Part shown: positions 48,517 through 57,928 of the stretch, in pieces | Numbering within the stretch: the first letter of the stretch is position 1 | Layout of the letters: each line of letters starts with the position of its first letter | Source: Candidatus Hadarchaeota archaeon | GTDB taxonomy: Archaea; CAYQAE01; CAYVLA01 | DNA: 64,000 bases | Direction: 5' to 3' | NCBI GenBank assembly: GCA_964452145.1 | Contig: CAYVLA010000006.1 | Span: forward strand, 1-64,000 | Position numbers and translations under genes: made by a program | The notes under the pieces: model-generated | What the model was told of the DNA's origin: nothing | What the model saw: the letters and a program-made list of their open reading frames with translations, nothing else | Database searches by the model: none

Positions 48517-48738
48517 CTAGATCGGCAGATCGCAGCCTTCTCTGACGTCCTTGAACAACTCCCCCGATATGATGATCTGCCTCTTGGTTTCGCGCGATAT
48601 CTGATCGGATTTGAGCCTGAAGTCCCGGGAGATGCGCACGGGCGAGCATCTCTGCTTGATCTCGATTATGCAACGACCGTCCTCTAGCAGGATCTCCCTC
48701 GAGCAACCTGCGTCAAGACATAACCTGACCCTGGTCAT
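48517..48738 (-). CDS. Hypothetical protein, 73 aa
   Basis: ATG start with TATTTAAAA about 35 nt upstream. Confidence 0.45.
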   Translation of the reverse strand: MTRVRLCLDAGCSREILLEDGRCIIEIKQRCSPVRISRDFRLKSDQISRETKRQIIISGELFKDVREGCDLPI

Positions 48739-48842
48739 GGCCGACTCTTGGCGTCTGCGCGTTCGACCCTTTTAAATATATCGGCACAAAGCTAACCTTG
48801 AATCGGCGAAAAGTGTACCCAAACTGCCGTGAAGCCTCCAGA

Positions 48843-49250
48843 TCAGGGCAGGCCCCAAGCGATCGTTCTGGAAGGCCTGATCACCAGCATCTGGGCATCG
48901 TCCTCCTTGATCGGCCAGGTCCGTTCCCACTTCGGATACTTGCCGTACACAAGCTCCCTGCCCTTCCTAAACAGGGGGCCTTTTGTCTCAAACCACGCCT
49001 CGCCGAATACGATGACCCCGCGATTCTTCTCCCAGCTCAGATACTCATCGACGATGAACGCGACCTTCCTGTTCCTCTGGATGTTGCGTCCCTTCTTGGT
49101 CTCCAGATCCGTGTTGATGTATATCAGATCCTCATCGTTTGCGTAGCACAGGGCTGCGACATGCGGGACTCCCTCCGGAGTCGCGGTGGCGAGTCTCCCC
49201 ACGGGCTGCCCTTCCAAGTATTCGCGCTCCACGGCTGAAAAACTCGGCAT
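48843..49250 (-). CDS. Pyridoxamine 5'-phosphate oxidase-like (PPOX) split-barrel protein
   Basis: GRLATATPEGVPHV, KGRNIQRNRKVAFIVD. Confidence 0.88.
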   Translation of the reverse strand: MPSFSAVEREYLEGQPVGRLATATPEGVPHVAALCYANDEDLIYINTDLETKKGRNIQRNRKVAFIVDEYLSWEKNRGVIVFGEAWFETKGPLFRKGRELVYGKYPKWERTWPIKEDDAQMLVIRPSRTIAWGLP

Positions 49251-49338
49251 CTCTATCTCCGCCTGTTGTTGGGGTTGTCCAAGGTTCTTAAGAATATCCG
49301 CTCCGGCATGGGAGGCCGGCACGAACACCCGTGAGCCA

Positions 49339-50622
49339 TCAGCGGCCGCTGGAATCCCGAGACACCGCTTCGCTGAGCCGGGTGCTCTCAACCGGCCTGT
49401 ACAGTCTTCTTCTGACCATGAGACTCCACACAGTCACGCTGCAGATCAGGACTGTGGAGGAAACGGCGATCCATTCGAAGACGAATATCCACAGAAGGGT
49501 CCTTCTCTTCAGATCCGCAAGATGGTCCTCGATGATGGGATAGGCCTCCATGACCGCGCGGAGGAGTTCGGACGCCAATGCGATATCCCCTGTCAGGTAC
49601 TTCCGCTCCGCTTCCGAGACGGCGGGGCCAAGGAGTCTGAGTTCCTCCTCGATCCGGTCCAGCCTAGCTCCCAACTTGTCAACGAATTCCATCGTCGACA
49701 GCGTCACCGACTTCCGCGTACGCACATCGATGAAGAGCTCCCTGGTCCTGTGGGCAAGCTCAAGGTCCTCGGGGGGAAGAATATCTGCAAGGAAGTAGAT
49801 CTGGTTGTATGTCAGGTCGGGCATGTACCTGTAGTTCTGGAATACGTGTTCGGGCGGATTGTGCCAGCCCTGTCCCAGCTGTAGCGTCCTTCCCGATCCA
49901 TAGGTGCCTGTGACCAGAACCGGCGTATTCCTGCCCTTCCATATCGCGTGGACCACGCTGCCCGGCCTAGGCCATATGTCGCCGCCGTGGTTGCCCAGTA
50001 CCTGCATGGGCTGTTTCTCGATATCGGGTAGGTTGAGTATCGGATCCTTCTTCACCACGGTCCAGTAGGTTCTTCCCATCTGTGATGGCACATCCGTGCC
50101 TAGATCGACGTCGGCAGGAAACACGTCATAGAATGCAAGGTCCATCCAGATCCCGATCTGATTGCTGCCCGCACCGGCCCCCCAGAACATGAAGCAGATG
50201 AGCCCCACACCCAGCCCCTCTTCCTCGAGAGCTCGGTGAATGAAGCCCAGAACATTGCTCGGGATGATGGTGGGAGAGATGTTGTGGATTATCACGGCAT
50301 CATAGCTCCCGTTCAGGGCCTGGTATGTCCTGGGCAGGTACAGCCGGGTCATCTTCTGGGCCACGGGGAGATCGATGAAGTAAACGTCGCAGGGCACGAC
50401 GACCATGGAGAGCTTCGGCTCCGCCATGATCCACTGGAGCACAAGCTTGTTGGGCGGGAAGGAGGCATCCCCGAGATACAGGATCCTAGCCTTCAACGTG
50501 TGTTCATCGGTGCGCGAGAAGGCGGCGGTCAGACAGATCCAGGCCGGGCAGATGATGAATATGAGGGCAATGGCGGGTCTTGCGATCCGGGAGGCCACGC
50601 AGGGACATCTGCCGGGAACCAT
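49339..50622 (-). CDS. Secreted, C-terminally anchored GATase1-like domain protein, paralog 2 of 4
   Basis: Signal peptide, RLYLPRTY..YD, TYGSGRT, DLELAH, C-terminal TM followed by LMVRRRLY; start approximate. Confidence 0.75.
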   Translation of the reverse strand: MVPGRCPCVASRIARPAIALIFIICPAWICLTAAFSRTDEHTLKARILYLGDASFPPNKLVLQWIMAEPKLSMVVVPCDVYFIDLPVAQKMTRLYLPRTYQALNGSYDAVIIHNISPTIIPSNVLGFIHRALEEEGLGVGLICFMFWGAGAGSNQIGIWMDLAFYDVFPADVDLGTDVPSQMGRTYWTVVKKDPILNLPDIEKQPMQVLGNHGGDIWPRPGSVVHAIWKGRNTPVLVTGTYGSGRTLQLGQGWHNPPEHVFQNYRYMPDLTYNQIYFLADILPPEDLELAHRTRELFIDVRTRKSVTLSTMEFVDKLGARLDRIEEELRLLGPAVSEAERKYLTGDIALASELLRAVMEAYPIIEDHLADLKRRTLLWIFVFEWIAVSSTVLICSVTVWSLMVRRRLYRPVESTRLSEAVSRDSSGR

Positions 50623-50778
50623 AGATAATGATTTTCCGGATTCGAGCTGACGCAAGGTCCGCATGGCGTCCGGCAGACGTATTACGATACGAGCGACTGT
50701 TGTAGCAGGCAGGGCAGAAGACAATTCGGCGCTTTCCCAGCGTCAGCATTCGTCACCGAAATTCTGGCATTCACGGAT

Positions 50779-51906
50779 CTAGGGCGGCACCGGCCCCTTC
50801 GACACTCCCTGCCCATGCAGGACAAGTGAACGGATCTCCTTCACGCCCATTCCGGTGAGGCCAAGCTTCTCGACGGTTCTCCCTTCGCTCCAGTAGTCGG
50901 TGGCGTTCAGAAGAGACGCAACATGCACAGAAGCGTCTATCGTGGGAGTAGGCACGTTCAGCAGATCGCCCAGCGATGACATGGGAACCAGGCTCATCGG
51001 CACATCCTCAAACACGTAGCGATGGACGAGGCTGGACGGAGCTTTGACTCCTTGGTACCCAGGGGTTGCCTGTATGGCTTCGTAGAGAGATCTCCCGGGG
51101 GAATCGTATGCAAGGTACAACCACTGCCGGGCCGTGTGCAGGTGGACGCCCAGAGCCTCCCCCAGAGCAACTCGTTCACGATCGAGGGACTCCAAGACCC
51201 TGGCGACGGACCGGGTCACTCCCTCGATGTAGAACTCGAAATCGGTGTGTTCGTCCTCGATTCGACCCGCATTGAGAATAGCGGTCCCGGGGTGGAAGAT
51301 AGCGCCTATGTTGTCCAGGCTTGTCTCCAATACGTTTGTTGCTGCGACAAACTGCGGGAACACCTTCCTGATGACCGCAAGGATCTGCGGGGTCTTGTGA
51401 GCCGGTATGGCGGCCAGGGGGACCGAGTTCTTGATCCTGAGTATTCTGGCTCTGGCGAAGTCCTCGTGCCTCGAGACGTAGAGCAGGGTCTGCGTCTCGG
51501 CAACGATCACATCGGCATCAACCTTTCTCTCTTCCCTTAAGACATGCAGGAACTCTACGGCTCCGAAGGTCCTGCCTGGGTTCAGAACGACGATCTGCCC
51601 GTCTTTCAGGTGCGATGCGCACTGTTCTGCCATGAACCTGTGACCCATCGCAGGGACGACGACCATAATGATGTCGGCGTCTTCCACGGCCTCCCCTATG
51701 TCGTGGGTTGCGTTGACTGCTGCCTGCCCTTTCACTGCACCGTCAACTTCGATCGCTCCGCGTGCCCGAATGTAGTCAATCCTTTCCGGACTGCGAGTGT
51801 AGACGCTCACCGGATGGCCCATGATCGCCAGATGCCCTGCCATCGCCAGGCCTCCGTGACCAGCACCCAGCACAGCGAATTTGGGATTCTTCTCAGTTGC
51901 GGACAT
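50779..51906 (-). CDS. NAD/NADP octopine/nopaline (opine) dehydrogenase family
   Basis: VLGAGHGG, LNPGRTFGA, AETQT, NIGAIFHP, FYIEG, LDRER, RYVFEDVP. Confidence 0.92.
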   Translation of the reverse strand: MSATEKNPKFAVLGAGHGGLAMAGHLAIMGHPVSVYTRSPERIDYIRARGAIEVDGAVKGQAAVNATHDIGEAVEDADIIMVVVPAMGHRFMAEQCASHLKDGQIVVLNPGRTFGAVEFLHVLREERKVDADVIVAETQTLLYVSRHEDFARARILRIKNSVPLAAIPAHKTPQILAVIRKVFPQFVAATNVLETSLDNIGAIFHPGTAILNAGRIEDEHTDFEFYIEGVTRSVARVLESLDRERVALGEALGVHLHTARQWLYLAYDSPGRSLYEAIQATPGYQGVKAPSSLVHRYVFEDVPMSLVPMSSLGDLLNVPTPTIDASVHVASLLNATDYWSEGRTVEKLGLTGMGVKEIRSLVLHGQGVSKGPVPP

Positions 51907-52144
51907 AACACGAGCCTGCAAGGTGCATATCTCCTTCCGGGCTAATATACATTCCCGGCCGGTGATCGGTGCCATGCTGTGCAACAGAATGGGCCATCGG
52001 ACAGCGCGGTTAGGACTCAGACACTGCCGAGCAGATCTACTCACCCTATCATCGACGGCACCACGGACACACGTGGTGAGCCCGAGCTCAGCCGAATGAC
52101 CCATTTGACCGGAATCCGCGCGGATTGCCCCGCTCTCATTCCGC

Positions 52145-53806
52145 CTAGGAGATATCGCGCTGGACCCTTCTGATCCTTTCCCTTTCAGGCATTTTGTGAG
52201 CCGTCTTAGGGTCAACCGCGTAGCATGCTCCATCGATCATCCGTGTCTGGATCGAGCCCTTCGCATACTCGTTGCCCTTCAGATGCGGAGCGTCGAGGAG
52301 CCCCGTCTCAACCGCCCTCTTCAGAGTTGCGGGATCTGTCCACGGATCCTTCACATCCTCGTCGGCCAGACTCCTTATGGCCTCCAACAGAGTCCCCGCC
52401 TCTGCGAGCAGTTCCTCCTTCCGGGCCTGAACCCGAGGATCCAGCGTCACGTCGGGTAGTCCGCGTATGCAGTTGCTGATCACCCGTCTTGCGATCTTGC
52501 AGCTCTCCACCACATCTTCGGGTGTTGCCGCGTGGTCGGCTTCGCAGTAGCCAACTACGTGGACTATCTCGGGTCCCAAGGCCATCTGCTGCATCACGGA
52601 GGATGCAAGGTGGCCCTTTGCCTCCGACATGTCTGATGGGTAGCTGAGCAGCCCCGTTCTGGTCTGCGTATGGATTGTGAAATCATCGTCAACCAAGCTC
52701 TGCGTTATGTCCTTCTTGGCCAATTGCTTGGCCAAGTCCATCAAGAAGGACTCTCCAGGAGGCAGGTTGAACATGCGAGTTCCCACATAGTGCCGAACTC
52801 CCATCCTCTTGGCGTTGTATGCGCTTAGGAACTCGACCGCGACGGCGATCGTGTCAGAAGAAGACCGTAGCTCCCAGTGATGGGGCTCATTCAACTCCAC
52901 CGGGATGTCCCTCTCGCCATGCCATCTCATCAGTTCTTGATGAACCCTGATGGCCTCCTCAAGCGCCAGCGGGCCTCGCTTGTCCAGCCTGCTGAACCAG
53001 AAGAGAGGTATGGCAGCGAAGCAGTTCCGGATGGTTTCGACCAGCATCTCAGCCATCTCGAACAGATCGCTGGTGCCTTGGTAGCATCTCAGCAAGGGAT
53101 GATTGCCGCACCGGGTCGCACTGTATAGCTCGACGAAATCGTCGCGCGTTCTGAGAGGCACGCCTCCGGCGCCCTTCCTTTGCGGGTCCTGTCTATCGGG
53201 ATGGAAGAGGTTCTCCTGTGCGTCCTGATCCGGTGCAATGGATATGATGTCGACCGTCTTGGACTCCGCGATCCTCCGGATTCCTCGGAAGGTCTCTTCA
53301 AGCGACGGGAGTCCGAAATGATGCCGGATTACCGGGTAAGGCCTCTTCCACTCAATCCTGTCGACCAAGGTACTCGGGTACGATTCCGAAGCGGGGCCTG
53401 CCCGCTCCTGGGTTCTCAGATAGGATATGACGTCATCCACGGGTTCGGTTCCGTCGAAGACTGCCTCGAAGATGCCCATATCCCTGGCAACCTTGGCTAC
53501 AGGAGGGGTCCCGCCGAAGGCATATTTCCTTTCAAGCAGACCAGCCTCTCTGAGCGCGTTCTTCAGGGACGCCAAATGGTAGCTGCCCGATTCCGGGCTC
53601 AGCCTGTAGCTGACGCCGACTATGTAGGGGTCTGCCTCGCGGATTGCGCCCACGAGTTCCCTGGGAGACAGCGCGGCACCCAGGAAAGAGGTCCGGTACC
53701 CATACTGCTCCGCGAGGTTCAGGAAGTTGAAGATTCCGGCCACATGAATGTCCTCGCCTATGGCACCAGCAACAATGATTCGTCTAGGCTTCCGCCGGGC
53801 ACTCAA
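52145..53806 (-). CDS. Cobalamin-dependent protein: N-terminal B12-binding domain fused to a mutase-like catalytic domain
   Basis: DxHxxG (EDIHVAG), SxL-like (VSYRL) and GG motifs, followed by a ~400-aa domain (HHFGLP, ELNEPHHW, IVHVV..EA). Confidence 0.8.
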   Translation of the reverse strand: MSARRKPRRIIVAGAIGEDIHVAGIFNFLNLAEQYGYRTSFLGAALSPRELVGAIREADPYIVGVSYRLSPESGSYHLASLKNALREAGLLERKYAFGGTPPVAKVARDMGIFEAVFDGTEPVDDVISYLRTQERAGPASESYPSTLVDRIEWKRPYPVIRHHFGLPSLEETFRGIRRIAESKTVDIISIAPDQDAQENLFHPDRQDPQRKGAGGVPLRTRDDFVELYSATRCGNHPLLRCYQGTSDLFEMAEMLVETIRNCFAAIPLFWFSRLDKRGPLALEEAIRVHQELMRWHGERDIPVELNEPHHWELRSSSDTIAVAVEFLSAYNAKRMGVRHYVGTRMFNLPPGESFLMDLAKQLAKKDITQSLVDDDFTIHTQTRTGLLSYPSDMSEAKGHLASSVMQQMALGPEIVHVVGYCEADHAATPEDVVESCKIARRVISNCIRGLPDVTLDPRVQARKEELLAEAGTLLEAIRSLADEDVKDPWTDPATLKRAVETGLLDAPHLKGNEYAKGSIQTRMIDGACYAVDPKTAHKMPERERIRRVQRDIS

Positions 53807-53846
53807 GGTTCCACCTTGCTCTGATGATATTCCTCATATGGGTCCT

Positions 53847-55238
53847 TCACAGTTCACGTAAATACTTTTTCATCATCCTCAACGAAGAATCAGGAGCAGC
53901 GAAAGAGAGCAGACCCATTGCCCACATGATGTACTCCTCGTCCACAAACAGCCTGGGCCGTTTCGGTTTGAGCAACAGCGGGTTGTCGCCGCGAGAGCAG
54001 GCCTCCTCCAATATTCTACGCGGATTCCAGCTGTGAACTATCGGGCCTCCAGTGCCGATCACACTTCCGATGTTGCTCAGGTCTTTGCCCTCCTGTATCA
54101 GGAACGATCCGGAGGGGCTGAACATCTCCCGCAGTTTCCCAACATGCCTTGTCACGGCAACATCGACAGCGACCCGTGCCAGGGCCTGGTCGATCTGGTA
54201 ATCCTCCCTTGTTCGGGGAACCCGTCCCACGTTGAGAGAAAGCTCGGCTATTCTGTCTTTGAGTTCGTCCTCGCTGATTCCGAGACCAGTCATTTCCAGG
54301 ATCTTGCTGGCACCGCACACCTTCAGAAGGGAATCCACGCTGACGCGCAACCCCATATCCCCCTCAACCGTTCTCTTGGCATAGGGCTCGGGGAGGCCTC
54401 TAAGGATCGTTCTGGAATGGGTTGGGTTTCCTTCGGATACGGAGTGGATATTCGTGGTCGCTCCCCCAACCTCGACCACCATCAGGTCTCCCAAGCCGGA
54501 TTCCGCTTCAGTGCCATCTGCGAGCAACTCAGAGGCCTTCAACGTAGCCGATGGTGTGGGCAGAAGGATGTGAACGAGGTCCTCCACCTGGCTCAGTCCC
54601 TTGGCGCGGACTATCCGCTCCAAGAATACTTCCCGGATCATCTCCCTTGCCGGCTCTATGTTCAACTCCCCAAGCTCGGGCATCACGTTCTCCGTCTCCC
54701 TCACCTCTTTTCCACTCGATCGTAGAACGCCCGCCACATCATCCCTCGCCTCCTTGTTTCCGGCCACAATTACCGGCACTTGAAGCGTAGAGCCCGCAAG
54801 AACCCGGGCATTGTGCAGGATCACCTTCGTATCGCCCCCATCGATGCCCCCGGAAAGCAGTACGATGTCCGGCTCCAAGTCCTCTATCTCCCGCAGTTCA
54901 CGGATCGTCAACCCGTAGGAAAAGGCAGCCAAGACCTTTGCTCCGGCACCTAAGGACGCCCTCCTTGCAGCCTCTGCAGTGAGCTCGGGAACGAGCCCGA
55001 CGGCTATCACCTTCAAGCCCCCCTTGGCGCTGCTGCAGGCGAGTTTGTGGTCGAAGCCATACGAGCTCAGCTCCGAGAACTGAGGGATCTGATCGAGGCT
55101 TTTTCTAAGGCCGTCCATTATGTCCGTGGTCGCTGTCGTCACTGCTTTCGATTCTGCAACTATCGTCTCCCTCTCCGGGTTCGCAATCACGACCTTGGTG
55201 AACGTGCTGCCGAGATCGATCAACAAGGCCAGACTCAA
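53847..55238 (-). CDS. glmL: Methylaspartate/glutamate mutase accessory protein (reactivase-like)
   Basis: IDLGSTFTK, ACSSAKGGL, LSGGIDGG, PTPSA, VGGATTNIHS, KRTVEGDMGLR, IGTGG. Confidence 0.9.
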   Translation of the reverse strand: MSLALLIDLGSTFTKVVIANPERETIVAESKAVTTATTDIMDGLRKSLDQIPQFSELSSYGFDHKLACSSAKGGLKVIAVGLVPELTAEAARRASLGAGAKVLAAFSYGLTIRELREIEDLEPDIVLLSGGIDGGDTKVILHNARVLAGSTLQVPVIVAGNKEARDDVAGVLRSSGKEVRETENVMPELGELNIEPAREMIREVFLERIVRAKGLSQVEDLVHILLPTPSATLKASELLADGTEAESGLGDLMVVEVGGATTNIHSVSEGNPTHSRTILRGLPEPYAKRTVEGDMGLRVSVDSLLKVCGASKILEMTGLGISEDELKDRIAELSLNVGRVPRTREDYQIDQALARVAVDVAVTRHVGKLREMFSPSGSFLIQEGKDLSNIGSVIGTGGPIVHSWNPRRILEEACSRGDNPLLLKPKRPRLFVDEEYIMWAMGLLSFAAPDSSLRMMKKYLREL

Positions 55239-55759
55239 AGACTTGACACCTCCTCAGCCAGTTCGGATACCCTCGAGAGATGGGGGCTCTTGGCGAACTC
55301 CTCGCTTCTGCGCTTGACTTCCTGCAACGACAACGTTTATACGGATTTCCCTAGGACCTAGGAATATGGGACCCAGGCGCACCGGATTCGGGAAAGGCTC
55401 ACATGACTTGATGGTACATGGGGCCCTCGAGCTGATCCTCGTCCCTCAATCCTAGGTCTGGACGTCCTTTTTGGACCTTGCCGCCCCACTTCAGCCTTCT
55501 TCGTTCTCCCTTAGAATGGCCGCCCTTGCGAAGGCGATGGCTGGCTGTCAACGCTGTTAAGGATCATTCGCTCTCGCAGGCGTTCAAGGAGATCACGGGT
55601 GCGATGCCGCGTCCACGGCGCGGAGGGACTCTCCGGAAATGACACGCGAACTCGCACGCCACGCAGAAAGGGCCGGCAGGCCTTCTCCCGAAGTGGCCCC
55701 TTGCTTGGAGAAGCCAAGTAGGGAATCGGTTTATCTTCTGCAACGCGGTATATGTCCAC

Positions 55760-56290
55760 ATGCCCACGCAGAGGCTGGAGAGAGGCTTGGTCCAGGTGTA
55801 CACTGGTGACGGAAAGGGTAAGACCACAGCCGCCTTCGGTTTGGCGCTGCGAGCCATAGGACATGGTATGAGGGTATACATGGTGCAATTCCTGAAGAGG
55901 CAGGACTCCGGGGAGGTGGTCGCAGCAAAAAGGCTCTTTCCCGACCTGCAGATAGCCCAGTATGGCCGACCGGGCCCCATGGATGGAATCTTCTTCGAGG
56001 ATCATCGATTGGCCAAGGAAGCCCTGCAGCGTGCAAGAGAAGTTGTATGCAGCGGGGATTACGACGTAGTCATATTGGATGAGGTTAACGTCGCACTGCA
56101 CTTCCGATTGCTCAAATCATCCGACGTACTGGAGCTGATCTCCCAGAGGCCTGACAACGTCGAACTCGTGCTCACCGGTCGGCACGCCCCCGACGAACTG
56201 ATCTCGGCCGCCCAACTGGTGACGGAGTTCGTGGAAGTAAAACATCCTCACTCACGGGACATGCAAGCACGAAGAGGCATAGACTACTGA
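55760..56290 (+). CDS. cobO: Cob(I)alamin adenosyltransferase, CobO/BtuR type
   Basis: YTGDGKGKTTAAFG, QFLK, ILDE, LTGR, ARRGIDY. Confidence 0.95.
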   Translation: MPTQRLERGLVQVYTGDGKGKTTAAFGLALRAIGHGMRVYMVQFLKRQDSGEVVAAKRLFPDLQIAQYGRPGPMDGIFFEDHRLAKEALQRAREVVCSGDYDVVILDEVNVALHFRLLKSSDVLELISQRPDNVELVLTGRHAPDELISAAQLVTEFVEVKHPHSRDMQARRGIDY

Positions 56291-56596
56291 TGCTCCGGTG
56301 CCAACGCAGTGATGATTTCTGGAACAATTATCAGAATCATGTCATTCGAGAAATCCGTCCATCAAGGTAACTGCATACCTCACTCTCCTCACTGCTGACC
56401 AGCAACAGAACAGGAGAGCCATCTTCCAGCAACACCCCACGCCCAATCTGGCCTGGGACATCATCGCCCCAAGTCGATGAAGAGTTGTCCTAGGCCTTTG
56501 GCCGATCTCGGGTAGGGCAGACGGCTGGTGGGCTGGTCTGTTAACTATATTAGACGGGTGCCGCATCTCTCAAGCCGGGGCGGAGGAACGACAGAC

Positions 56597-57796
56597 ATGC
56601 GTCACAGGAAACATGCCCACACCCGCGTCTCCCTGACAATCGCTCTCCTGACGATGCCAGGACTCCTTCCGGTCTGCTTGGGAGCCGAGATCCCGAGGGT
56701 ATACTACATCGGGGACTGCAAGCCCACCACGAGCCCGATAAACATCGTGAGCGATGATCCGGCTCTCCACGTCGTTGCGGTGCCGGCGGTGATCGGCACG
56801 GTCTGGTGGACCTCCAAGGAGGTGGCACGCGCCCTGAGACTGTATATGCCTAGGAACTACGAGGAACTGGTCGAGACCAGGGTGCTGATCCTCCTCAGCG
56901 ATGTCAAGGCCGAGAACCTGCCCGGCTTCCACATCGACTGGTTCTCGAAGGCGGTTAGACAGGACGGCATGTCGCTCATGATGTTCGGCGGGATATCCTC
57001 CTTCGGCGGGCATGCCGGATTCCCCTCAGCATGGGGCCAGACGAGCGTGGGGGAGATCCTCCCCGTTTCCCTCATCCTTGAGGCAACCGGGCCGGGCCCG
57101 TGGACGCCGGTGGTGACTTCTCCGGACGACCCGCTCATGCTCGCGTTTCCGTGGGATTCTTGTCCGCCCTTCTACGGGTACAACAGGGTGACCCGGAAGG
57201 AGGGAGCCAAGCTGCTTGCCCAGACCAGCAACACGGCGGAACCCTTCATGATCGTATGGGATGTTGGGCCCGGGCGGAGCTTCGCCTTCTGCACCGACTG
57301 GACGCCGGACTGGGGTAAATCCTTCCAGCTCTGGGACCCATACATCGACTTCTGCGTCTACTCGATATACTACACGATGGGCAGGATGATACCGCGGGAT
57401 ATCGAGCTGGTCCACGTAGTCAGGTCCGAGATGCTCGAGAACCGGGTGAGAACGCAGGTGCTGATCTCGCTGTTGGCACTAGTCGATCAGATGGGCGGCA
57501 ACGTCCTTCCGTTGGAGGAGAAGATGAGGGAAGCAGCACTCGTCCGTCGTCAGGCAGACAGCCAATACGTCCTCCAAGAATACGGTTCGGCCCTGACAAC
57601 GGTCAAGCAAGCCAACTCCGACCTTGCGGCGATCGAGGGTGAGGCCGTCAGGGTCAAGGCAAGAGCCATGCTGTGGGTATGGATCGTGGAGTGGCTTGTG
57701 GTGACATCGACCCTCATGATCACCGGCGTGGCTGTCTGGAGCCTGATGGTGAGAAGAAAGCTGTATCGCGAAGTAGTGACGACGAGAAGCCCATGA
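56597..57796 (+). CDS. Secreted, C-terminally anchored GATase1-like domain protein, paralog 3 of 4
   Basis: GGAGG SD; LMMFGGISSFGG, EILPV, GYNRV, WDVGPGRSFAFCTD..PDW (DUF1355-like); TM followed by LMVRRKLY. Confidence 0.8.
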   Translation: MRHRKHAHTRVSLTIALLTMPGLLPVCLGAEIPRVYYIGDCKPTTSPINIVSDDPALHVVAVPAVIGTVWWTSKEVARALRLYMPRNYEELVETRVLILLSDVKAENLPGFHIDWFSKAVRQDGMSLMMFGGISSFGGHAGFPSAWGQTSVGEILPVSLILEATGPGPWTPVVTSPDDPLMLAFPWDSCPPFYGYNRVTRKEGAKLLAQTSNTAEPFMIVWDVGPGRSFAFCTDWTPDWGKSFQLWDPYIDFCVYSIYYTMGRMIPRDIELVHVVRSEMLENRVRTQVLISLLALVDQMGGNVLPLEEKMREAALVRRQADSQYVLQEYGSALTTVKQANSDLAAIEGEAVRVKARAMLWVWIVEWLVVTSTLMITGVAVWSLMVRRKLYREVVTTRSP

Positions 57797-57928
57797 TTGC
57801 TTGGCGCACGTTCAGCCACTCCTCGGGCTTCAGACGACAGGAGTTCTCACACATCGGGAGGATTCCTGGAAGTGCAGCCCAGAACTTGTCCGCACAGAGA
57901 AGCTCAACGTCGTGGACCACGGATGCCA

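Noticed and set aside
52145..53806. Methionine synthase or classical glutamate mutase subunit
   Set aside because: No homocysteine-, pterin- or SAM-binding domains, and not the separate S/E gene pair; only the B12-binding motif is shared.
55240..55759. Cobalamin riboswitch between glmL and cobO
   Set aside because: No B12-box or conserved core recognised on either strand by eye; an Rfam scan would settle it.
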